Shown here one piece after another: positions 1 to 11,885 of a DNA stretch of 64,000 nt. The notes under the pieces are model-generated. The model saw only the letters and a list, made by a program, of their open reading frames with translations, was not told where the DNA came from and ran no database searches. The stretch is from Mobula hypostoma (lineage: Eukaryota): the NCBI RefSeq assembly GCF_963921235.1, contig NC_086108.1:112470001-112534000 (forward strand). The letters are read 5' to 3'. Numbering within the stretch: position 1 is the stretch's first letter; every line of letters begins with the position of its first letter. Made by a program: the position numbers and the translations under genes.

Positions 1-911
1 CTGGGCGGCAGTGTTAGCAGTGAGGAGGATGCTAAGAGGATGCAGGGTGACTTGGATAGGTTGGGTGAGTGGGCAAACTCATGGCAGATGCAATTTAATG
101 TGGATAAATGTGAAGTTATCCACTTTGGTGGCAAAAATAGGAAAACAGATTATTATCTGAATGGTGGCCGATTAGGAAAAGGGGAGGTGCAACGAGACCT
201 GGGTGTCATTATACACCAGTCATTGAAAGTGGGCATGCAGGTACAGCAGGCGGTGAAAAAGGCGAACGGTATGCTGGCATTTATAGCGAGAGGATTCGAG
301 TACAGGAGCAGGGAGGTACTACTGCAGTTGTACAAGGCCTTGGTGAGACCACACCTGGAGTATTGTGTGCAGTTTTGGTCCCCTAATCTGAGGAAAGACA
401 TCTTTGCCATAGAGGGAGTACAAAGAAGGTTCACCAGATTGATTCCTGGGATGGCAGGTCTTTCATATGAAGAAAGACTGGATGAACTGGGCTTGTACTC
501 GTTGGAATTTAGAAGATTGAGGGGGGATCTGATTGAAACGTATAAGATCCTAAAGGGATTGGACAGGCTAGATGCGGGAAGATTGTTCCCGATGTTGGGG
601 AGGTCTAGAACGAGGGGTCACAGTTTGAGGATAGAGGGGAAGCCTTTTAGGACCGAGGTTAGGAAAAACTTCTTCACACAGAGAGTGGTGAATCTGTGGA
701 ACTCTCTGCCACAGCAAACTGTTGAGGCCAGTTCATTAGCTATGTTTAAAAGGAAGTTAGATATGGCCCTTGTGGCTACAGGGGTCAGGGGGTATGGAGG
801 GAAGGCTGGGTTCTGAGTTGGATGATCAGCCATGATCATAATAAATGGCGGTGCAGGCTCGAAGGGCCGAATGGCCTACTCCTGCACCTATTTTCTATGT
901 TTCTATGTTTC
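1..911 (+). mobile_element. CR1-clade LINE (HER1-like), 3' end of ORF2 plus 3' UTR; young copy
   Basis: ORF 40..816 carries WQMQFNVDKC, LVRPHLEYCVQFWSP and FFTQRVVNLWNSLP. Ends in the (TTCTATGT)n tail. Confidence 0.95.
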
Positions 912-2478
912 TAAATCCCCGGGACCTGACAGGGTGTTCCCTCGGACCTTGAAGGAGACTAGTGTTGAAATTGCAGGGGCCCTGGCAGAAATATTTAAAA
1001 TGTCGCTGTCTACAGGTGAGGTGCCGGAGGATTGGAGAGTGGCTCATGTTGTTCCGTTGTTTAAAAAAGGATCGAAAAGTAATCCGGGAAATTATAGGCC
1101 GGTAAATTTAACGTCGGTAGTAGGTAAGTTATTGGAGGGAGTACTAAGAGACAGAATCTACAAGCATTTGGATAGACAGGGACTCATTAGGGAGAGTCAA
1201 CATGGCTTTGTGCGTGGCAGGTCATGTTTGACCAATCTGTTGGAGTTTTTCGAGGAGGTTACCAGGAAAGTGGATGAAGGGAAGGCAGTGGATGGTGTCG
1301 ACATGGACTTCAGTAAGGCCTTTGACAAGGTCCCGCATGGGAGGTTAGTTAGGAAAATTCAGTCGCTAGGTATACATGGAGAGGTGGTAAATTGGATCAG
1401 ACATTGGCTCAATGGAAGAAGCCAAAGAGTGGTAGTAGAGAATTGCTTCTCCGAGTGGAGGCCTGTGACTAGTGGTGTGCCACAGGGATCAGTGCTGGGT
1501 CCATTGTTATTTGTCATCTATATCAATGATCTGGATGATAATGTGGTAAATTGGATCAGCAAATTTGCTGATGATACAAAGATTGGAGGTGTAGTAGACA
1601 GCGAGGAAGGTTTTCAGAGCCTGCAGAGGGACTTGGACCAGCTGGAAAAATGGGCTGAAAAATGGCAGATGGAGTTTAATGCAGACAAATGTGAGGTATT
1701 GCATGTTGGAAGGACAAACCAAGGTAGAACATACAGGGTTAATGGTAAGGCACTGAGGAGTGCAGTGGAACAGAGGGATCTGGGAATACAGATATAAAAT
1801 TCCCTAAAAGTGTCGTCACAGGTAGATAGGGTCGTAAAGAGAGCTTTTGGTACATTGGCCTTTATTAATCAAAGTATTGAGTATAAGAGCTGGAATGTTA
1901 TGATGAGGTTGTATAAGGCATTGGTGAGGCCGAATCTGGAGTATTGTGTTCAGTTTTGGTCACCAAATTACAGGAAGGATATAAATAAGGTTGAAAGAGT
2001 GCAGAGAAGGTTTACAAGGATGTTGCCAGGACTTGAGAAACTCAGTTACAGAGAAAGGTTGAATAGGTTAGGACTTTATTCCTTGGAGCGTAGAAGAATG
2101 AGGGGAGATTTGATAGAGGTATATAAAATTATGATGGGTATAGATAGAGTGAATGCAAGCAGGCTCTTTCCACTGAGGCAAGGGGAGAAAAAAACCAGAG
2201 GACATGGGTTAAGGGTGAGGGGGGAAAAGTTTAAAGGGAACATTAGCGGGGGTTTCTTCACACAGAGGGTGGTGGGAGTATGGAATGAGCTGCCAGACGA
2301 GGTGGTAAATGTGGGTTCTTTTTTAACGTTTAAGAATAAATTGGACAGATACATGGATGGGAGGTGTATGGAAGGATATGGTCCGTGTGCAGGTCAGTGG
2401 AACTAGGCAGAAAATGGTTAGGCACAGCCAAGAAGGGCCAAAAGGCCTGTTTCTGTGCTGTAGTTTCTATGGTTCTAA
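912..2478 (+). mobile_element. 5'-truncated CR1-clade LINE (RT domain), different subfamily
   Basis: ORFs 832..1797 and 1810..2406 are in the same frame, split by one TAA. Motifs [28 protein letters not shown] and KFADD. Tail ttctatggttcta. Confidence 0.95.
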
Positions 2479-5410
2479 ATCAATGTTCATGCCATTAGGT
2501 TGGAGGCTACCCAGACAGAATATAAGGTGTTGCTCCTTCAACCTGAGTGTGGCCTCATCGCCACAGTAGAGGAGGCCATGGATGGACATTTTGGAAAGGG
2601 AACAGGAAATGGAATTAAAATGGGTGGCCACTGGGAGATCCCACTTCTGGAAGACGGAGCATAGGTGCTCGGTGTGGCAGTCTCCAAATCTACATCTGGG
2701 AGGCCACACCGGGAGCGCCAAATACAATAGATAGAAACATAGAAAACCTACGGCACAATATAGATCCTTCGGCCCACAAAGCTGAACATGTCCTTACCTT
2801 AGAACTACCTAGGCTTACCCATAGCCCTCTATTTTTCTAAGCTCCATGTACCTGTCCAGGAGTCTCTTAAAAGACCCTATCATTTCCACCACCACCACCG
2901 GCAGCTCATTCCATGCACACACTTACGCGTAAAAAACTTACCCCTGACAGCTCCTCTGTACCTACTTCCAAGCACCTTAAAACTATGCCCTCTCATGCCA
3001 GCCATTTCAGCCCTGGGGAAAAGCCTCTGACTATCCACATGATCAATGTCTCTCATTATCTTGTACACCTCTATCAAGTCACCTCCAATCTTTGGTCGTT
3101 CCAAGGAGAAAAGGCAGAGTTCACTCAACCTGTTTTCATAAGGCATGCTCCCCAATCCAGGCAACATCCTTGTAAATCTCCTCTGCACCCTTTCTATGGT
3201 TTCCACATCCTTCCTGTAGTGAGGCGACCCAAACTGAGCACAGTACTCCAAGTGGGGTCTGACCAGGGCCCTATTTAGCTGCAACATTACCTCTCGGCTC
3301 TTAAACTCAATCCCATGGTTGATGAAGGCCAATGTACCGTATACCTTCTTAACCAAACAGGCAACCTGCACAGCAGCCTTGAGTGTCCTATGGACTCGGA
3401 CCCCAAGATCCCTCTGATCCTCCACACTGCCAAGAGTCTTACCATTAATACTATATTCTGCCATCATATTTGACCTATCAAAATGAACCACCTCACACTT
3501 ATCTGGGTTGAACTCCATCTGTCACTTCTCAGACCAGTTTTGCATTCTGTCAATGTCCCGCTGTAACCTCTGACAGCCCTTCACACTATCCACAACACCT
3601 CCAACCTTTGTGTCATCAGCAAATTTACTAACCTATCCCTCCACCTCCTCATCTAGGTCATTTATAAAAATTACAAACAGTAGGGGTCCCAGAACAGATC
3701 CCTGAGGCACTCCACTGGTCACCAAACTCCATGCAGAATATGACCCATCTACAACCACTCTTTGCCTTCTGTGGGCAAACCAGTTTTGGATCCACAAAGC
3801 AATGTCCCCTTGGATCCCATGCCTCCTTACTTTCTCAATAAGCCTTGCATGGGGTACCTTATCAAATGGCTTGCTGAAATCCATATACCCTTCATCTACT
3901 GTTCTTCCTTCATCAATGTGTTTAGTCACATCCTCAAAAAAATTCTATCAGGCTCGTAAGGCACAACCTGCCTTTGACAAAGCCATGCTGACTATTCCTA
4001 ATCATATTATGCCTCATAAATCCTGCCTCTCAGGATCTTCTCCATCAACTTACCAACCACTGAAGTAAGACTCACTGGCCTATAATTTCCTGGGCTATCT
4101 CTACTCCCTTTCTTGAATAAGGGAACAACATCCGCAACCCTCCAATCCTCCGGAACCTCTCCCGTCTTCATTGATGATGCAAAGATCATCGCCAGTGGCT
4201 CAGAAATCTCCTCCCTTGCCTCCTACAGTAGCCTGGGGTACATCCTGCCCGGTCCCGGTGACTTTTCCAACTTGATGCTTTCGAAAAGCTCCAGCACATC
4301 CTCTTTCTTAATACCTACATGCTCAAGCTTTTCAGATGACTCCAACAGACTCACAGGTGATGCATCGCCTCTTCTGGAAGGACTGTTTGGGTCCCTGAAT
4401 GGTAGTGAGGGAGGAAGTGAGGTACTTGTTCTGCTTGCAACGATAAGTTCCAGGAGGGAGATCAGTGGGGAGGGATGAATGGACAAGGGAGTTGCGTGGA
4501 GAGCGATCCCTGTGGAAAGTAGCAAGTGCTTGGTGGTGGGATCCCGTTGGAGATAGCGGAAGTTTCAGAGAATTATGTGCTGGTTGCGGAGGCTGGTGGG
4601 GTGGTAGGTGAGGACAAGAAACCATCTCCCTGGTGGAGTGACAGAGGATGGGGTGAGGGTAGACATGCACGAAATGGAAGAGATGCGATTGAGGGCAGTG
4701 GTGATGGTGGAGGAAGGGAAACTCCTTTCTTTGAAGAAGGAACACATCTCTTTCATTCTGGAATGAAAAGCCTCATCCTGAGAGCAGATGTGGTGGAGAT
4801 GGGGGAATTGAGAGAAGGGGATCGAGTTTTCACAAGCAACAGGATGGGAAGAGGTGTAGTCCAGGTAGCTGTGAGAGTACGTGGGTTTATAAAAGACATC
4901 AGTGGATAAGCTGTCTCCAGAGATACAGACAGTGAAATCGAGAAAGGGGAGGGAGGTGTCGGAAATGGACCAGGTAAATTTGAGGGCCGGGTGAAGGTCG
5001 GAGGCAAAGTTGATGAGGTCGATGAGGTCCGCATGGGTGCAGGAAGCAGCACTACATCGATGTAGTGTAGGAAAAGTTGGGGAGTGACACCGGTGTAGGC
5101 TTGGAACATGGACTGTTCCAGGAAACCGGCAAGCAGGCAGGCATAGCTGGGACCCATATGAGAGCCCATGGCTACACCTTTTGTTTGTAGGAAGTGGGAG
5201 CCAAAGGAGAACTTACTGAGAGTGAGGACAAGTTCGGCTAGACGGAGGAGAGTGGTGGTGGAGAGGAACCGGGTTCCTCTGGTATCCAGAAAGAAACGGA
5301 AAGGTTTGAGACCTTCCTGATATGGGATGGAAGTGTATAGGGACTGGACATCCATAGTGAAAATAAGATGATGGGGCCAGGGAATTTGAAATCATTGAAA
5401 AGATCAAGAT
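2479..5410 (-). mobile_element. Degenerate Penelope-like element (RT plus GIY-YIG), interrupted by the CR1 at 2733-4333
   Basis: ORF 4753..5355 (DVQSLYTSIP, GVAMGSHMGPSYA, HYID) and ORF 2467..2727 (PVATHFNS...LIFCLGSLQPNGMNID) are homologous to the intact copy at 51754-54039. Confidence 0.88.
2733..4333 (-). mobile_element. Degenerate CR1-clade LINE inserted into an older Penelope-like element
   Basis: ORFs 2880..3518, 3633..3929 and 4007..4189 give CR1 RT motifs. Reverse tail agaaacatagaa at ~2733. PLE sequence resumes on both sides. Confidence 0.9.
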
Positions 5411-5968
5411 AGTGTTCATTGTCCATTCAGAAAACTGATGGTGTAGGGGAACAGCTGTTTCTAAAATGTCGAGTGTGTGTCTTCAAGCTCCTATATCTCG
5501 TCCTCGATGAAGAAGAGAGTATGTCCTTGTTGGTCCTTAATGATAGATGCCACCTTCTTAAGGCATTGCCTTTTGCCAGGCTAGAGGAAAAAATACAGTG
5601 GATTGAAAGCTTTCTTTGAAAACCTCTCACTGAAGACAAAGGGGCCTCTGTGATTTACAACATCTGTTTGACATTATCTACACACACAACACATTCCACT
5701 CCGCTAACCGTCACAGACTCCCAGAACGGGCTCTAGGAGACCACCTGCCACTCACTGTGCCGAGCGCAGTGAGCGTGAGAGCAAACCGGCCGGTTGGCAG
5801 GGACTCAACAGGCTGTCACCTGGCTGATACAGAGCCGAGAGGGAGGGAGGGCAGGGGGTGCAGGCGTTTCTTAAACCTATTCTGGGCCCGTAGCAATAAC
5901 TGATACATATCCTCTTCTCATTGCTACATCAAGGTGGAGGGTCAAGGAACTAAAGACACACACCTAAT

Positions 5969-6210
5969 TGTTGTGTGTTCAGTTATTTCAGGAATATCTG
6001 AGTGATCTTGTATGCATATTGTTTGATTATGCATTCTTGTTTGTTTAAATAATTCATGGTGGGTTATATGCATCAAGACAGGAATAGTATCACGCCACCA
6101 CACGATACGTGACAGCCTCACTTAACGTAAACATGAAGTTAGACCTGCATTTTGGACTCCCGTGTATTTCTGTGAACTAGTTTAACATTTCAAAGTTACA
6201 AAACATAACA
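5969..6210. mobile_element. Probable solo LTR (242 bp)
   Basis: TG...CA termini with inverted ends TGTTGTGT / ACATAACA. Interrupts a Rex1-type 3' fragment. No clean TSD. Confidence 0.45.
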
Positions 6211-7449
6211 CCAGAGTTTCAGGAAATCTCCTCCCCCTCCATTGTCTGACTTCCAGATGGCCAATGAACCCATGAACACTACCTCACCATTTTTTCTCTC
6301 TTTTTGTACTACGTACTTAATTGAATTTTTATATATATATATATATAGTTATTAATTGGTTTTTTTTATTTGTTTGTTTACTTACCTGTTTATTTGTTTA
6401 TTGAGACCCAGCACGGTATAGGCCCGTTCAGCCCTTCGAGACACTGCCCCGCAACCCTCAATTTAACCCTAGCCTAATCACAGGACCATTTACAATGACT
6501 AACCTACCGACCCCCACGTCTTTGGATTGTGGGAGGAAACCAGAACACCCGGAGGAAACCCACACAGTCATGGGGAGAACGTACAAATTCCTTACAGGCA
6601 GTGGTGGGAATTGAACCAGAGTCGCTGGTACTGCGCTATGCTAACGTGCCACCCCATTGCATCGCAGTGTACGGCTGCCACAAACCAATACATTTCACAA
6701 CATATACCGCTGACTTTAAACCTGATTCTGGGGATGGCGGCAGCAACAATATCCAGATTGACGGGACGCACCCAGTTTCAACTAGTACGTACTCCGGCTG
6801 GAGAGAAAGGTCGTAAAACAACTGGAGTTGTTTTCTGTGGAGCGTCGGAGGCCAAGGTGAAACAGGGCCAAAATTTATAACATTATGAGAGGTGTGGAGA
6901 GGGTAGAGAGTCAGAGAATTTTTGCCAGAGTGGGAATGTCTTGTACTAGAGCATATAGTTTGAAGTGATAGAAAATGCTCTCTGTGGCCACTTTATTGTG
7001 TACAGCTGCTCATTAGTGCAAATAGTGGGCCGAAGGGTTTGTACTGTGCTGTAGTGTTCAGTGTTTGATGTTCACTGACACATGACCCCTCTTTCCCAAA
7101 CACACACAGCTAGACGTATTCAGCTGGGGTTCCCTTGTTTCTATTTCATCTCATGAATATTTTACTTACTGCTTTTAAACCTTTTGTGTCGAGTTGATTG
7201 GTGATGGGGCAGACTCGCCAGCTAACGCCAGCTCTCTGTCCAATGTTATAATTGCTCTGTGCGGTTAATCAACACAGAATATTCAGCTACCTCACCTCGC
7301 CTGCTGATGTGGACCCTCTGACCCGTCTCAGAGCTGTGAGCTTATCATGTACTTATCACCAGTGTTAAGAAATACCGATGTGAGATCTAATGAGCTTGTT
7401 GAAAGCTCTGCCTTTGGTGGTAGCAAAATGGACTTCTTCATGTGCTGAC

Positions 7450-9648
7450 ACGAGGAAATCTGCAGATGCTGGAAATTCAAGCAACACACACAAAATGCTG
7501 GTGAACGCAGCAGGCCAGGCAGCATCTCTAGGAAGAGGTACAGTCAACGTTTTGGACCAAGACCCTTCGTCAGGACTAACTGAAAGAAGAGATAGTAAGA
7601 GATTTGAAAGTTGGAGGGGGAGGGGGAGATCTGAAATGGTAGGAGAAGACAGGAGGGGGAGGGATGGAGCCAAGAGCTGGACAGGTGATTGGCAAAAGGG
7701 ATATGAGAGGATCATGGGACAGGAGGTCCGGGAAGAAAGAAAAGGGAGAGGGGAGCACCAGAGGAAGATGGAGAGCAGGCAAGGAGTTATTGTGAGAGGG
7801 ACAGAGAGGAAAAAAGAGAGAGGGGAAGAAAAAAGGGAAAATAAATAAGTAAGAGATGGGGTGAGAACAGGAGGAGGGACATTAACGGAAGTTAGAGAAG
7901 TCAATGTTCATGCCATCAGGTTGGAGGCTACCCAGACGGAATATAAGGTGTTGTTCCTCCAACCTGAGTGTGGCTTCATCTTTACAGTAGAGAAGGCCGT
8001 GGATAGACATATCAGAATGGGAATGGGACGTGGAATTAAAATGTGTGGCCACTGGGAGATCCTGCTTTCTCTGGCGGACAGAGCATAGGTGTTCAGCGAA
8101 ACGGTCTCCCAGTCTGCGTCGGGTCTCGCCAATATATAGAAGGCCACATCGGGAGCACCGGATGCAGTGTATCACCCCAGCCGACTCACAGGTGAAGTGT
8201 TGCCTCACCTGGAAGGACTGTTTGGGGCCCTGAATGGTGGTAAGGGAGGAAGTGTAAGGGCATGTGTAGCACTTGTTCCGCTTACACGGATAAGTGCCAG
8301 GAGGGAGATCAGTGGGGAGGGATGGGGGGGATGAATGGACAAGGGAGTCGCGTAGGGAGCGATCCCTGCGGAAAACCGGGGGGGGGGGAGAGAAAAATGT
8401 GCTTAGCAGTGGGATCCAGTCGGAGGTGGCAGAAGTTACGGAGAATAATATGTTGGACCCGGAGGCTGGTGGGGTGGTAGGTCCCACCACCCTACTAGGG
8501 ATAGAGTTCCCCTTGTCCTCACCTACCATCCCACCAGCCTCCGGGTCCAACATATTATTCTCCACAACTTCCACCACATCCAACAGAATCCCACCACCAA
8601 GCACATCCTTCCCTTCCCCCTCCCTTTCTGCTTTCCACAGGGATCGCTCCCTACGCGACTCCCTTGTCCATTTGTCCACCCCATCCCACCCCACCAATCT
8701 CCCTCCTGACACTCTTCCTTGTAAGTGGAACAAGTGCTACACATGCCCAAACAGGAGGAATTCTGCAGATGCTGGAAATTCAAGCAACACATATCAAAGT
8801 TGCTGGTGAATGCAGCAGCAACTTTAATGTGTGTTGCTACACCTGTCCTTACACTTCCTCCCTTACCACCATTCAGGGCCCCAGACAGTCCTTCCAGGTG
8901 AGGTGACACTTCACCTGTGAGTCAGCTGGGGTGATATACTGCATCTGGTACTCCCGATGTGGCCTTCTATATATTAGCGAGACCCGACACAGACTGGGAG
9001 ACCGCTTTGCTGAACATCTACGCTCTGTCCGCCAGAGAAAGCAGGATCTCCCAGTGGCCACGCATTTTAATTCCACATCCCATTCCCATTCTGACATGTC
9101 TATCCACGGCCTCCTCTACTGTAAAGATGAAGCCACACTCAGGTTGGAGGAACAACACCTTATATTTCATCTGGGTAGCCTCCGACCTGATGAAATGAAC
9201 ATTGACTTCTCAAACTTCCGTTAATGCCCCACCTCCTGTTCTCACCCCATCCCCTATTTATTTATTTATTTATTTACTTGTTTATCCATCCATCCGTCCC
9301 TTTTTCTCCCTTTTTTTTCTTTCTGTCCCTCTCAGAATAACTTATTTCCTGCTGTCCATCTTCCTCTGGTGCTCCCCTCCCCCTTTCTTTCTCCCTGGCC
9401 CTCCTGTCCCATGATCCTCCCCCTTCTCCAGCCTCGTGTACCTTTTGCCAATCAACTTTCCAGCTCTTGGCTCCATCCCTCCCCCTCTTGTCTTCTCCTA
9501 TCATTTCGGATCTCCCCCTCTCCCTCCCACTTTCAAATCTCTTACTATCTCTTCTTTCAGTTAGCCCTGACGAAGGGTCTCGGCCCAAAACGTCGACTGT
9601 ACTCCTTCCTAGAGATGCTGCCTGGCCTGCTGCATTTTGTGTGTGTTG
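7450..9648. mobile_element. Composite Penelope-like insertion: two inverted 3' halves (GIY-YIG plus pseudo-LTR)
   Basis: Minus arm 7450-8481 (ORF 7882..8733 contains LLYIGETRRRLGDRFAEH) and plus arm 8482-9648 (ORF 8931..9224). Flanked by the 14-bp TSD cttcatgTgctgac (7436-7449) / cttcatgCgctgac (9649-9662). Confidence 0.9.
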
Positions 9649-9994
9649 CTTCATGCGCTGACGTTACACTGCCATCTAGTGTATCAGTGAGTCTTCCTTC
9701 TGAATCCCAGTATCCGCAACCCAAACTTTGTCTGCGTGTAAGTGAATGTGTTTCTATCTGTATGTATATGTGTGTTTATCAATATGTCTATCTGTTTGTA
9801 ACTGTGTGTGTATGTGTCCATAACTCCTTATTAATGTTGGTGAGCATATCTGTGTAACTGTGTGGGTGTAAGTAACTCCCTGTGGGTGTAACTGTGTGTG
9901 TGTAAGTAACTCTCTGTGGATGTAACGGTGTGTGTCTGTGTAAGTAACTCTCTGTGGGTGTAACTGTGTGTGTGTGTGTAGCTTTTGTACAGTT

Positions 9995-11206
9995 GTAACT
10001 CCCTACAATTCGCCTACCGACACAACCAATCGACAGATGACGCAGAAGCCACTGCTCTACATACCGTCCTTACACATCTGGAGAAGAAGGATACTTATGT
10101 GAGAATGTTGTTCTTGGACTACAGTTCAGCATTCAACACCATAGTTCCATCCAGGCTCGACAAGAAGCTCAGAGACCTCGGCCTTCACCCTGCCTTGTGC
10201 AGCTGGATCCTGGACTTCCTGTCAGATTGCCAGCCGGTGGTAAGAGTGGGCTCCCTCACCTCCACCCCTCTGACTCTCAATACAGGAGCCCCTCAGGGCT
10301 GCGTACTGAGTCCCCTCCTCTCCTCTCTATATACCCATGGCTGTGTTGCCACCCACAGCTCCAGTCTGCTAATTACATTTGCCGATGACACGACATTGAC
10401 TGGTCTAATCTCAAACATTAACAAGGTGGCCTACAGGGAAGAAGTCATCTCTCTGATACAGAAAAAAAATTTCTCCCTCATTGTTGCAAAAACAAAGGAG
10501 CTGGTTGTGGATTACAGAAAGAATGGAGACATGCTAGCCCCTATTGACATCACTGAATTTGGGGTTGAGAGCATGAACAGCTTTAAGTTCTTCAGCATAA
10601 ACATCACTGAGGACCTCACGTGGTCTGTACACACCAGCTGTGTGGTGAAAAAGGCACAACAGCGCGTTTTTCACCTCAGACGGTTGAAGAAGTTTGGCAT
10701 GAGCTCCCAAATCCTAAGAACTTTCTACTGGGGCACAATTGAGAGCATCCTGACCGACTGCATCACTGCCTGGTATGGGAACTGTACCTCCCTCAATTAC
10801 AGAACTCTGCAGAGAGTGGTGTGGACGGCCCAGCACATCTGTAGATGTGAATCTCCTGCTGTTCAGGACATTTACAAAGGCAGGTGTGTAAAAAGGGCCC
10901 AAAGAATCATTGGTGATCCGAGTCACCCCAACCACAAACTGTTCCAGCTGCTACCATCCGGGAAACAGTACCGTAGCATAAAAGTCAGGACAAACAGGCT
11001 CCGGGACAGCTTCTTCCACCAGGCCATCAGACTGATCAATTCATGCTGATACAATTATATTTCTATGTCATGTTGACTGTCCTGTTGTACATACTATTTA
11101 TTATAAATTACTATAAATTGCATATTGCACATTTAGATGGACACGTAACTTAAAGATTTTTATTCCTCATGTATATGAAGGATATAAGTAATAGTCAATT
11201 CAATTC
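9995..11206 (+). mobile_element. Rex1/Babar-clade LINE, 5'-truncated
   Basis: ORF 9985..11049 has [49 protein letters not shown] and IESILT. Tail caattcaattca. Confidence 0.88.
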
Positions 11207-11219
11207 ATTTTTAACGCCA

Positions 11220-11885
11220 TGTGTGTAACACTGTGTCTGTAACTGTGTGTGTATAATGCTGTATGTGTGACTCTGTGTGTGTATAATGCTGTATGTGTGA
11301 CTCTGTGTGTGTGTGTATAATGCTGTATGTGTGACTCTGTGTGTGTATCCATGCCTGTGTATTTACATGTCTGTACTTCATTTTTTTGTGTGTGCACGCG
11401 CGCATGTGTGTGTATATGTATGTAGTGTGCCATGCGGTGTGTATCTATGTGTTATGTTTGTGTGGTGTGTATCTCTGTGTTTGTGTGCATGTGTGTGTGT
11501 CTGGGTGTGTATGTGTGTAGTGTGTGTCTGTGTGTATATATGTGTGTGTGTGAGTGTAAGTGTGTAATATACAAACGTATATCTGCATATGTGTGGTGTG
11601 GAGGTGTATGTGGTGTGTGTATGTACGTATGTGTGCATGTGGTGTGTCTGTAAGTGTGTAATATATATCTGCGTGTGTGGTGTGGGTGTGTGTATGTGTG
11701 TGAGTGTGTAGTATATAATCTGTGTATGTGCGGTGTGGGTGTGTATGTGGTGTGTTTGTGTGCATGTGGTGTGAGTGTGCAATATAGATCTGTATGTGGG
11801 TGTGTATGTGGTGTGTTTGTGTGCGTATGTTTTCAATGTGGGGTGTGTGTGTGAGTGTGTAATATAAATCTGCATGTGTGTGTGT
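11220..11885. repeat. (TG)n-rich low-complexity tract with short internal tandem units
   Basis: Degenerate TG dinucleotide run. Three copies of gtgtgtataatgctgtatgtgtgactct at ~11246-11340. Confidence 0.9.

Noticed and set aside
832..911. N-terminus of the 321-aa RT ORF
   Set aside because: These codons are the 3' UTR of the preceding CR1 copy, in frame by chance with the truncated second copy.
7882..8733. 283-aa ORF as a novel GIY-YIG fusion protein
   Set aside because: The N-terminal part is antisense PLE sequence read across the inversion junction at ~8481.
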